This document shows positions 21,336 to 30,505 of a stretch of DNA of 51,974 nt, piece by piece (within the stretch, counting starts at the first letter, position 1; the number at the start of each line of letters is the position of its first letter). The stretch spans positions 83,877 through 135,850 of the IMG/VR virus record IMGVR_UViG_3300009117_000047; one strand, written 5' to 3'. The notes beneath the pieces are model-generated. The model saw nothing but the letters and a program-made list of their open reading frames with translations, was not told the origin of the DNA and searched no databases. This stretch comes from a virus. A program made the translations under genes and the position numbers.

Positions 21336-21767
21336 ATGGCAACTCCGTATTCTGCTGTAGTAAATATTTTTATTAATAAAATAAGCGACTATGATTTGCC
21401 AAAATTTTCAGATATTGAGAGAGAAGAAATCTTAAATTCATATCTCGTTTCTTCTTGTGCAAAATTCTTTAGGGTATGTAAAGTAGACTTGACTGACAGG
21501 GATGAAAACTTAAAACAATTTAATCAAACTATTGATGATGAAGTAATTGATATACTTTCTGAGTTGATGATAGTAGAATGGTTAAAACCCAAACTAGCAT
21601 CAAGCGAAAAATTAAAAAATTGCTTAAACACTAAAGATTATAGTATGTACTCCCCTGCTAATTTATTAAAAGAAACTAGGGAAACTTTTGAATTATGTAA
21701 AAAAGAATCTAAAAAATTAATTAATAACTATTCATTTGCCAATGCAGATTTCACGAAATTACAATAA
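21336..21767 (+). CDS. Head-tail adaptor-like protein
   Basis: ATG 21336 behind AAGGAG; KDYSMYSPANLL motif; synteny. Confidence 0.6.
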   Translation: MATPYSAVVNIFINKISDYDLPKFSDIEREEILNSYLVSSCAKFFRVCKVDLTDRDENLKQFNQTIDDEVIDILSELMIVEWLKPKLASSEKLKNCLNTKDYSMYSPANLLKETRETFELCKKESKKLINNYSFANADFTKLQ

Positions 21768-21775
21768 TATCGGAG

Positions 21776-22789
21776 GTGATGGAGATATCTATTAATTGGG
21801 ATTTGTACAATAAAAGACTAAATATAAACGGTGATACAAAAAGAGATAGAGATATTACATGTTTAAAAAACAATATTAACAAAAACATAGCAGATTCTCC
21901 GTCATGTAAAGATGTAAAAATAAATGGCATTGAAAAAAAGATAGATTTTATAAAAACAAAAAAAGATATCATAGAGATTAACTCACTTCCAAACGAAGTA
22001 TTTTATCGAGGCGACTATGTAGAATATAATCAAAAAATATTTTTAATTATATTTTCCGATGCAGATGATGAAATATACACGAGTGGAAAAATGCAAGAAT
22101 GCAACTATCTTTTAAGATGGCAAAACTCACAGGGAGATATTATTGAGAGATACATTATTACATCTAATGCATCCACCTATAATAATGGTGAATCTGAGAA
22201 TAAAACTTTGACTATTGGTACAGATCAGTTAATGTTATTTATACCATGCGATGATGAAACTATTAAATTAAGACGTGGTAAGAGATTTTTCATAGATAAT
22301 AACACTGAAAATCCTATGTCTTATGAATTAACAAGACCAGATACCACGACTTATTTTAGAAATGGTCACGGATATATATGTTGTATCGTTACAGAGTGTC
22401 AAGTCAATACTACTACCGATAGACCAGATTTGATGATTTGTGATTACTTCACACCATCCCCCACTCCACCTACTTCGACACCAGTAACAACTTACTCTAA
22501 GATTACATATAAGAGTTTACCAGAAATCAAGCTTGGTGGAAACGCTAAGAGTTTCACTGTTACGTTCTACGATGAAAATAATAACATATTGACAAATTTG
22601 ACTCCTAAATGGCAGATAAAATCTGACTTTGATGGGGTTATTTTAATGAGTACAAGTAATCCAAATGTGGTTAGTTTAAAGGTTAGTGGTGCAAATAGTT
22701 TGATTGGTAAGACATTTGTTTTGGAAGTTTGTGACACGAATGATGAGAATGTTTCTGAGATTACAATTACTATTGTTAGCTTAATATAA
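21776..22789 (+). CDS. Head closure-like protein with C-terminal Ig-like domain
   Basis: GDY...GKMQECNY.LRW motif, Pro/Thr linker, then a beta-rich domain. Confidence 0.55.
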   Translation: MMEISINWDLYNKRLNINGDTKRDRDITCLKNNINKNIADSPSCKDVKINGIEKKIDFIKTKKDIIEINSLPNEVFYRGDYVEYNQKIFLIIFSDADDEIYTSGKMQECNYLLRWQNSQGDIIERYIITSNASTYNNGESENKTLTIGTDQLMLFIPCDDETIKLRRGKRFFIDNNTENPMSYELTRPDTTTYFRNGHGYICCIVTECQVNTTTDRPDLMICDYFTPSPTPPTSTPVTTYSKITYKSLPEIKLGGNAKSFTVTFYDENNNILTNLTPKWQIKSDFDGVILMSTSNPNVVSLKVSGANSLIGKTFVLEVCDTNDENVSEITITIVSLI

Positions 22790-22801
22790 GGAGGTGGATA
22801 A

Positions 22802-23275
22802 TTGCTTAAAGAATTAGGTACTTATAAACAAAAAATTATATCAGCATTGTCTACTTCTGATGATATTAAATCGTTATTATTGGGTGGAGATTATGAAAAT
22901 CAAGATTACGAAGTGGACGATGAATTAAAGAAATACATACTCCCCCATTTATTCACAGAAGGTACTCAAACAGAAGTTCAGAGCTATATATTTGTTGAAA
23001 CTTTTATGCCAAAATTCGGTAATAGTGTGAAAGATATAAAGACTGTTGTTCAAGTTTTGAGCCATCGTGACCAGATAAATTATCAAAAAGATGGGTATAT
23101 TGGAACACGTCCAGATATTTGTGCTGAAATGATAGAAGCTATTTTGATTGGGGATAAAGCAATTGCTAGATCGTTTGGTATTGGTAGTTTAACATTAACA
23201 TATGTAGGGATATTAGATAAATTTACAAAATACTATGGGCGAGAACTTGTTTTTGAAGTTCCAGATTTTAGGTAA
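22802..23275 (+). CDS. Tail terminator/completion-like protein
   Basis: 157 aa, upstream of the tail tube; RBS AAGGAGG. Confidence 0.5.
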   Translation: MLKELGTYKQKIISALSTSDDIKSLLLGGDYENQDYEVDDELKKYILPHLFTEGTQTEVQSYIFVETFMPKFGNSVKDIKTVVQVLSHRDQINYQKDGYIGTRPDICAEMIEAILIGDKAIARSFGIGSLTLTYVGILDKFTKYYGRELVFEVPDFR

Positions 23276-23280
23276 TTACT

Positions 23281-24111
23281 ATGAAATTAGATTATTTTAC
23301 GCTACTTAGTAAGTCGCCTTTAAAATTAAATATTTGTAGTATTAAATCTCCCCTACTCCGAGAAATTGATGAAATTACAATCCAAACTTACAACAATTAT
23401 TTGAACATTCTTTTGCTTAATATTAATATGTACTACAAAACAATAACGGAAAATGATAATCATTATTTGTCATTTTACTCACCAGAAGAAAAAGATTTGA
23501 TTCTAAAAATTAAAGATGAATATGATAAAATGGCAGATGAGGAAAAAGCAAATATTCAAATTTTAAGCATATTAGCTTTTGATTTTAACATTATGGATAC
23601 CATAGAAAAAGCTTTGAATTTTTTTATTGTAGAACTGGTGAAGTATTCTCCTAAAGAAAAATCATTCTTTGTATTTGATGGTAAAGTTGATGACAAAGGT
23701 AATTCAGTACCCAATGGTCAGATTAATGAGACAAATTATTCTACTGTAGTTGATTTGATATTGCAAAGGAACGGTAGAAATAAAAAAGAAGATCAAGAGG
23801 ATCTACCAAAATTTAAAGATGAAAAAACAAAACTTCTTTGGTTAAAAATACAAAAAGCTAAAAATAATAAAAAAAAAGAAGTTGATGAAAATATGGAGTT
23901 AGCTAATATAATTTCATCTTTAGCTGCTTTCGGTCAGGGACTTAATATAATTAATATTTGGGACATGACTGTATATCAATTATATGACCAATTCCATAGG
24001 GAAAGAGCAAATCACTACTTTAATATATCGTCTATGTCTGTTGCGTGTTGGGGCGACAAAGACAATCATTATAATGGTGAAAAATGGTATGAAAATATAA
24101 ACAAAACATGA
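23281..24111 (+). CDS. Tail assembly-associated protein
   Basis: IWDMTVYQLYDQF motif resembling tail assembly chaperones; synteny. Confidence 0.5.
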   Translation: MKLDYFTLLSKSPLKLNICSIKSPLLREIDEITIQTYNNYLNILLLNINMYYKTITENDNHYLSFYSPEEKDLILKIKDEYDKMADEEKANIQILSILAFDFNIMDTIEKALNFFIVELVKYSPKEKSFFVFDGKVDDKGNSVPNGQINETNYSTVVDLILQRNGRNKKEDQEDLPKFKDEKTKLLWLKIQKAKNNKKKEVDENMELANIISSLAAFGQGLNIINIWDMTVYQLYDQFHRERANHYFNISSMSVACWGDKDNHYNGEKWYENINKT

Positions 24112-24140
24112 AAGAGTCTATTTAATGTAGGCTCTTTTTT
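24111..24140 (+). terminator. Intrinsic terminator
   Basis: AAAGAGTCTA...TAGGCTCTTTTTT hairpin with T tract. Confidence 0.65.
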
Positions 24141-24169
24141 ATTAACTAAAAACAAGGAGGAATTTAATT

Positions 24170-24895
24170 ATGTCAACAACAAACAAAGCTTGTCGTGACG
24201 TGGGCGACGTTGATATCCGTGTGTTATCTACTATGAAACCATATTTGTATTTTGATACTGCTAATAGCGTAGGATTGTCTATTTCCAGTGAAGACACATT
24301 TGCTATGGCAAAAGGATCAAAAGCCATTGCGTTTTCTAATCCAATGGATTCTACTGTTACAATCGAGGGACAAGTATTGCCTTCAGAATTTTATGCCATG
24401 CTTTCTGATGGTACGATTGAAACGAGCGCAGTGTTAGCAGAAAAGGAAACTGTTATCTGTACTGTAGCTGGAACATTAACAGTACCATCCGATATTAAGG
24501 CTGGTACTTTATTTGTGTATGCGTCTGGATCATATGCTGGAACCCCAATTGCAGGTACATTGGCAGGGACAACTTTTACTGCTACTGCACCTGCCGACAT
24601 TGCTGTAGATGCATCTTATGATATTGGCTATCTTGTAACTAAATCAACAGGTGTTAAGAAGGTTACATTCAACGATACAAAGAATCCTTTGGATTACTAC
24701 ATTACCATGAGAACAACAGAAAAATCGGAAGATGGAATTCTCAGTACAAAGAAAATTACAATCTTCAAAGGAAAGCCTACTAAGGCATTGGATATTACAT
24801 ATTCCTCCGAAGGAGATCCTGTTTCTGTTAGTATGACTATTAACTGTTTGCGTGACAAGCAAGGCAATATTATTGAAATGGTTGAAGAAGACTAA
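24170..24895 (+). CDS. Major tail tube protein
   Basis: 241 aa, Thr/Ala/Gly-rich beta protein, strong RBS, SSEGDP motif near C-terminus. Confidence 0.7.
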   Translation: MSTTNKACRDVGDVDIRVLSTMKPYLYFDTANSVGLSISSEDTFAMAKGSKAIAFSNPMDSTVTIEGQVLPSEFYAMLSDGTIETSAVLAEKETVICTVAGTLTVPSDIKAGTLFVYASGSYAGTPIAGTLAGTTFTATAPADIAVDASYDIGYLVTKSTGVKKVTFNDTKNPLDYYITMRTTEKSEDGILSTKKITIFKGKPTKALDITYSSEGDPVSVSMTINCLRDKQGNIIEMVEED

Positions 24896-24958
24896 TCTTT
24901 AAAATATACATAGAGAGTAATTGAAATATATTACTCTCTAGTAATATTGAGGTGAAAA

Positions 24959-25186
24959 ATGATAAAAAAATGTAAAGTTATTTTTAGAAACTCTATTAAT
25001 ATGGTTGTGGATTTTGATGGTATTGAATTGCAAATGCCGACAGACGGATTAGATAATTATGAAGTTTTTGTAAATTTTAAAGATAATAAATACACGTTAA
25101 GCACAAAAGATGATTATGAAAAAACATTAAAGACAATTAAAAATAAAGTAAAAAAAGAAATTATTGAAGAAGAGTCAAATGGCTAA
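24959..25186 (+). CDS. Hypothetical protein
   Basis: RBS GAGGTG; 75 aa. Confidence 0.65.
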   Translation: MIKKCKVIFRNSINMVVDFDGIELQMPTDGLDNYEVFVNFKDNKYTLSTKDDYEKTLKTIKNKVKKEIIEEESNG

Positions 25187-25301
25187 TCGAATAAATAATT
25201 GTATTGTATTTTGAGTGGTATTTTATAGGCAGACACTTTTACAATATGATTTTGTAATTTTGTCTGCCTATTTTTTACACTTTTGAATTGGAGGAAAACA
25301 T

Positions 25302-25541
25302 TTGAAACAGCAACAGTATATCAAAACACTAGAAGATGCTTTTGAGTGTTACGGTAGAGAAAATTTAGTATGCATATCATTTATTAAACAGCAAATTTTT
25401 TATGTTAAACATGGGGTTCAGCCACGTTTTATGTGGGAAAAACAAGATGGTTCAGGTAAGATCGTTGCTTGGTTTTTAAAAAGTGAAACAGACTATGTAA
25501 ATAAATTATGGAATATGAACAAACCAGAGAAACAAAATTAA
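25302..25541 (+). CDS. Hypothetical protein
   Basis: RBS GGAGG with TTG start; 79 aa. Confidence 0.65.
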   Translation: MKQQQYIKTLEDAFECYGRENLVCISFIKQQIFYVKHGVQPRFMWEKQDGSGKIVAWFLKSETDYVNKLWNMNKPEKQN

Positions 25542-25554
25542 ATTTCAAAAAGGA

Positions 25555-26085
25555 TTGATAAATATAGCAACCAATGTAGGAAAAATTTTCGAGGAAGATT
25601 TCAGAAAAAGTATACCAGATGATGTATTTTATTACAGAATACCAGACCCACCTCAATCATTTGGTGGTGGTCAAGATAATTTAAGATTTTCAAGAAAGAA
25701 CCCATGTGATAGTTTTTTATTCTCCCCTACTTCACGCACGTTTTATGCACTGGAACTCAAAAGTGTAGACGGTACAAAACCAGTCACATTTGAAGTAGAT
25801 GAAAAAACTAAAAAAACTATTCACTACCACCAGATTAAAGCGTTGCAAGAATTTAATACATACGATGGAATAGTAGCAGGATTGGTAATTAATTTTAGAA
25901 ATACAGAACATACATATTTTATAGAAATTTGTGATTTTACAGATATGATTAATGAAATAGGAAAGAAAAGTTTTAACGAAAAAGACTTATTGAAATATAA
26001 TCCGACAATTATTAATCAAAATAAAAAGAGAACAAGGTACTTTTATGATGTTGAAAATTTCTTAAGAGATACAGCGTTAAATTAA
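25555..26085 (+). CDS. recU: RecU-like Holliday junction resolvase
   Basis: GKIFEEDF...PCD...ALELKS...HQIKAL PD-(D/E)XK pattern of RecU. Confidence 0.75.
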   Translation: MINIATNVGKIFEEDFRKSIPDDVFYYRIPDPPQSFGGGQDNLRFSRKNPCDSFLFSPTSRTFYALELKSVDGTKPVTFEVDEKTKKTIHYHQIKALQEFNTYDGIVAGLVINFRNTEHTYFIEICDFTDMINEIGKKSFNEKDLLKYNPTIINQNKKRTRYFYDVENFLRDTALN

Positions 26086-26099
26086 AGGAATGATTATAA

Positions 26100-26288
26100 A
26101 TGCCAAATTATAAATTTGTTTGCCCTATTCATGGCGAGAATATTATTACTATGAAGATGAGTGAATATGACGCAGAAAACGAACATAAATGCCCTATTTG
26201 TGGTGGAGTTATGACCAGAGATATAAATAGTATGGTCTGTGGTTATCAAGCTAAATGTACGGGATTTTACGGTAAATCAAGTAAGTAA
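26100..26288 (+). CDS. FmdB-like zinc ribbon protein
   Basis: MPNYKFVC...CPICGG...GFY. Confidence 0.75.
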   Translation: MPNYKFVCPIHGENIITMKMSEYDAENEHKCPICGGVMTRDINSMVCGYQAKCTGFYGKSSK

Positions 26289-26311
26289 AATAGGTGGAGG
26301 GGACTACATAG

Positions 26312-26908
26312 ATGGAGAAAATTAAAATTGAAGAAGTTAGTAATTTAATTAAAGATGATAAGTTTTTAATTGATATTATTGAAAGAAAATACGTTCCTAT
26401 TATGGAAAAGGAACAAAAAATTAACAGGTTAATTAGTTTAATTACTATGAATTATAATGAAGAGTTAGACAAGTTAATTGAAGTTTTTGAGGTAAATAAC
26501 CCTGTTATAAATGAAGTATTAATTAAGGTTGAAGTAATTAGTGCTTATACAAGATTTGACATAGACGTAACAAATATGGAAGAAGTAATCAAGGTATATG
26601 ATACGTTAAGTGAGTACCAACTTATTGATAAATTAATTGAATCACTTGATGATGCTCAAAAGTTTGAAAATTTATTTTATCAAAAATTAAATGCTCATCG
26701 AGCTTTTAAAGAGAAAGAATATTTTACACAGAACATTAATTTAGTATCTTGTCTAGATAATTTAATTCCATATGTTGCAAATTTAATGGATATTGCTGCT
26801 AAGAAATTAGAAGGAATTGATGTTGAAAAAATTAGCAAGGAATTGAATGAAGTGAATATTGGTGAATTGATGGTTAACTATTTCAAGAAAGCAAATGAGT
26901 TGAAGTAA
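26312..26908 (+). CDS. Hypothetical helical protein, possible tail chaperone
   Basis: 198 aa; RBS GGAGG. Confidence 0.6.
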   Translation: MEKIKIEEVSNLIKDDKFLIDIIERKYVPIMEKEQKINRLISLITMNYNEELDKLIEVFEVNNPVINEVLIKVEVISAYTRFDIDVTNMEEVIKVYDTLSEYQLIDKLIESLDDAQKFENLFYQKLNAHRAFKEKEYFTQNINLVSCLDNLIPYVANLMDIAAKKLEGIDVEKISKELNEVNIGELMVNYFKKANELK

Positions 26909-26910
26909 AT

Positions 26911-27339
26911 ATGGCTAAAACATTTACTTCTCTTATTGGGCTAGAAAATTTCGTTGAATCTGCGTGTAAAACTGCTGTTGAAAAAGTGGCTCAAAGATGC
27001 AAAGAGGAATTAAGGAGTTACGTCAGAGAAGATTTCTATAATCAATATGCGCCAAAATATTATGACAGAACTTACAGCTTTCTGTTTAGTGCTACATATA
27101 AAATGTTATCTGGTCAATCAGCAAGTGTATTTATTGATACTGGTGTTATGAACTATTTAGGACAGCCATCTGGAATAACTGGGGACTATGTTGCAAAAAT
27201 GGCATCACTTGGGTTTCATGGCTCTCCAGAAATATTTAGAGAAGGATACTTTTGGGAAGATTTTATGAAATGGGCAGAAATGAATATCCCCCATTTAATG
27301 AAAGCAGAATTAAAGAAACAAGGATTAACAGTTAAATAG
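26911..27339 (+). CDS. Tail completion-like (HK97 gp10-like) protein
   Basis: FY..Y.PKYYDRTY motif and C-terminal LKKQGL. Confidence 0.55.
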   Translation: MAKTFTSLIGLENFVESACKTAVEKVAQRCKEELRSYVREDFYNQYAPKYYDRTYSFLFSATYKMLSGQSASVFIDTGVMNYLGQPSGITGDYVAKMASLGFHGSPEIFREGYFWEDFMKWAEMNIPHLMKAELKKQGLTVK

Positions 27340-27381
27340 TTAAAAGCAAGATTTTATTAACATAAAAGCAGTATTTTAAAT

Positions 27382-27407
27382 AAAGAGGGTTTAATCGCCC
27401 TCTTTTT
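27382..27407 (+). terminator. Intrinsic terminator
   Basis: AAAGAGGG...CCCTCTTTTT. Confidence 0.7.
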
Positions 27408-27427
27408 GTTTGTAAAGGAAGTGAAAA

Positions 27428-28459
27428 ATGGCAAATACATTAAAACATAGTGAAGAAATAACAGACGAGATGTGGAACGAAGTCTGTGAGTTTAATCGTA
27501 ACATGGTTCAAGAGTATTTGGAAAATCAAACTCATCTTAGTGAGAAAAGTTTAGTACAGTATACATCTGCTATTAAGATTTATTTTTACTGGGTCAAAGA
27601 GAACTTAAACAATAAAAAATGTATTGATATAAAAAGTAAAGAATACGCCAAATACCAAAATTATTTAACTAGACGAGGCATGTCTGATTCTGGTATAAAG
27701 GTTAAAAAATCAGTAGTAAGTGCTTTCAATAAATTTGTTATGTTTATGTATGAGGAAGAATACCCCACTTTTAGAAATTATGTTACCAATGATATTAAGG
27801 TGGTTACTACTGGATATGTCCACAAAAAAGAGCCATTAACTCCAGAAGAATATCAGCACTTGTGCGAAGTATTAAAAGAAAGAGAGGAATGGCAAAAATT
27901 AGCATATGTTATGTTTTCATATTCAACGGGTTGTAGACGAGCAGAAGCAAGACAGTTATTAAAAGAAATTATTGATTATAAACCTCAAACCAAAATTGTT
28001 AAAATTAAAGATGATAACGGTGCGGTAAAAGAAGTTGAATCTACTGCATATAAGACACATGAAATTAGATGTAAAGGGAAGTCAGTAGTTGGAAAACCAA
28101 GAAAATTACAATTCGGACAAGATGTTATGAATGCAATGAAGAAATGGTTGGATACAAGAGGTGAAGATAATTGTCCATATGTATTTGTTGTAAAACAGAA
28201 AGATGGTACTGTAAGTCAAGTGTCTGAAGAACTTTTTAATAGTTGGTGTAATGGTTGCAAGGATTCATTTGATAAGATAGTCGGGAGGAGAGTCCATCCA
28301 CATTTATTTAGAGAGAGCCGTGCGACGAATATTGTAGTCTATGAAGGAAAATCTTTAGAAACAGCACAAAAATTATTAGGACATAACTCAAGTGAAACTA
28401 CTGCTAAACATTATGTTATTAGAGATGATGAAGATGATGCGTTTGATGCATTTGTTTAA
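27428..28459 (+). CDS. Tyrosine recombinase (SPbeta YomM-like position in the tail module)
   Basis: STGCRRAE (R), KGK (K), HPHLFRESRAT (HxxR), LLGH and HY catalytic residues. Confidence 0.9.
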   Translation: MANTLKHSEEITDEMWNEVCEFNRNMVQEYLENQTHLSEKSLVQYTSAIKIYFYWVKENLNNKKCIDIKSKEYAKYQNYLTRRGMSDSGIKVKKSVVSAFNKFVMFMYEEEYPTFRNYVTNDIKVVTTGYVHKKEPLTPEEYQHLCEVLKEREEWQKLAYVMFSYSTGCRRAEARQLLKEIIDYKPQTKIVKIKDDNGAVKEVESTAYKTHEIRCKGKSVVGKPRKLQFGQDVMNAMKKWLDTRGEDNCPYVFVVKQKDGTVSQVSEELFNSWCNGCKDSFDKIVGRRVHPHLFRESRATNIVVYEGKSLETAQKLLGHNSSETTAKHYVIRDDEDDAFDAFV

Positions 28460-28730
28460 CCCCCTTTTCCCACTTACTTCCATAGAGAAAATGCTCTTAA
28501 GAAATTTTTAAGATTTATGAATACTTTACATAACTCACCCATTTTTACAAAGCAAGCATTATAACATATTTCTACAATAATCTACAAGAAATGGCAAAAT
28601 TGACAACTTTCATGGTAAAAATATTATATAAACAAAATTAACAACACTCGTGGCATAATTTACCTGTAGAAACAAAGCAACTTCATCATTTACTATGTAT
28701 TACATATTACACATTTTTAATACATAGGAG

Positions 28731-28943
28731 ATGAGAATGAAAAAGACTAATAAATTGCAAGAAATAATGGGTAAAAAAGACTTAAGTCTTAGACAACTAG
28801 CAAGAATGTCTGGTATAAGTTTTGTTACTATTAGCAAGATTGAAAAATGTGAGGAAGATCCAAAACAATCTACTATGATTGCAATTAGTAAAGCCTTAAA
28901 AATGAAAGTGTGCGATGTTTTTAATTTAGATTGGCGTAAATAG
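28731..28943 (+). CDS. XRE/Cro-like HTH regulator
   Basis: LSLRQLARMSGISFVTISKIE...P...IAISKAL; TTGACA at 28600 upstream. Confidence 0.88.
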   Translation: MRMKKTNKLQEIMGKKDLSLRQLARMSGISFVTISKIEKCEEDPKQSTMIAISKALKMKVCDVFNLDWRK

Positions 28944-28968
28944 TTTAAATTAAAATGGGGGCGTTTGT

Positions 28969-29142
28969 ATGAGAAAAGTAATAATTAGAGTAACGGGGTA
29001 TGTAGAAGATATTATGGGGACAACGATAATAGAAGAGGTAAACAGAGGTACATATGATGAGGCTATAAGTTTTATAAGAACTCATCCGCACAACAATATA
29101 ACGTGGAAAATCAAACCAGTGGTCAATGATTTATTCATATAA
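28969..29142 (+). CDS. Small hypothetical protein, 57 aa
   Basis: ATG behind GGGGG; MRKVIIRVTGYVEDIMG...; below the track cutoff. Confidence 0.55.
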   Translation: MRKVIIRVTGYVEDIMGTTIIEEVNRGTYDEAISFIRTHPHNNITWKIKPVVNDLFI

Positions 29143-29167
29143 TTTTATTTACAAAATCATATAAGAT

Positions 29168-29258
29168 AAAAGAGTCATTTTATCTGCAAAATAGCACTTA
29201 GAAAACCTTGATTTTACAGGGTTTTGTGAATGTCATTTTGGATAAGATGGCTCTTTTT
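29168..29258 (+). terminator. Long hairpin / terminator upstream of the tape measure gene
   Basis: AAAAGAGTCATTTTATCT pairs with GGATAAGATGGCTCTTTT (18 bp including G-U); inner stems close on AAAACC...GGTTTT. Confidence 0.6.
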
Positions 29259-29296
29259 TGATGCAATTTTTTCAGAAAGGAGTGGTGAAGTAATCA

Positions 29297-30505
29297 ATGA
29301 GCAATCTTTTCGAGATGCTTTTGAAAGTTGGTTTTGATAAAAATTCCGCTAATGCAGAATATCAAAAATTAATTACCGAATTAAAGAAAAATAAATTTGA
29401 AGTAAAGCCTGATATTAACTACGCAAAATCCAAACAAGAAATAGGAAAACAAGTTGCCGATATTGCGAAGATATTTAAAGATGGGTTAAACATAGACGAT
29501 AAGTCTGCTAATAGGTATGCGAAAAGTTATTATAACGAAGTAGTTAAAGGTATCAAGTCTGTTCAAACAGAACAATCTAAACAATTATTACTCGCTAATA
29601 ATATTAAAGCAACGATGTCTCTAGGAAAGCTATCAACAGATTTTTCAAAGGTATCTGCCGATTATAATGGACTATCCAACAAGACTAATTCGCTAGAAAC
29701 ATCGTTCCAGAATCTAAAGCAGTTAAAAACTCAGTTTGAAAACTCAGGTAACAATCAGCAATTGGTTACTAATTATGAAAAATATAGTTCAAGTTTGCAA
29801 GCAGTTCAAAATCAGATTAAACAAATTAATATCGCCAATCAAGCTCTCAACAAAACGGATGCGTTTAGTAGAAATAAAAGTAGTGCTATAAGCAAGATAA
29901 ACTCTTTTATTAAAGAAAACTCTAATTTAACACAAAGTTCAATAGAAAAACTTAACAACCTTGCAACAGCTATGGAGTCTGCTGGCAATCCTAACGCTTT
30001 AAAAAACTTAACAAATGAATCCAACAATTTACAAAGAAGCCTTAAAGCCGCTGGAGAAACTGGTAGAAATTTCGGTGATGAGATGAAAAACAACTTCAAG
30101 AAGTTTTCTACTTGGGTTGGAGCATCAGCTATTTTCTTTGGGGTTCAAAGAGCTATTAAAGGCGTAGTGTCTAATGTAATTGAATTAGATACGGCTATGA
30201 CTTCTCTTTATAAGGTAACTGACGAAACAGATGCAAAGTATAATTCATTCTTACAAAACGCTTATAAGAGTTCACAAAAGTTAGGTCAATCAGTTACTAA
30301 TATAGTAGAACAAACTGCTCAGTGGGCAAAATTAGGTTATGGAGTTGATGATGCAGCTAAATTAGCTGAAATATCTAGTGTATATTCTAACGTTGGTGAA
30401 GTTGATAATCAAACCGCTGTAAAAGATATCGTAACGTCAATGAAGGCATATGGGATAGCCAGCTCTGAAGCTATTAAAATTATTGACTCATATAATAAGT
30501 TGGGT
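29297..30505 (+). CDS. Tape measure protein, exon 1 (403 codons)
   Basis: TP901-type TMP core (ELDTAMTSLYKVTD...WAKLGY...YNKLG); ends at the group I 5' splice site GGT|. Confidence 0.88.
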
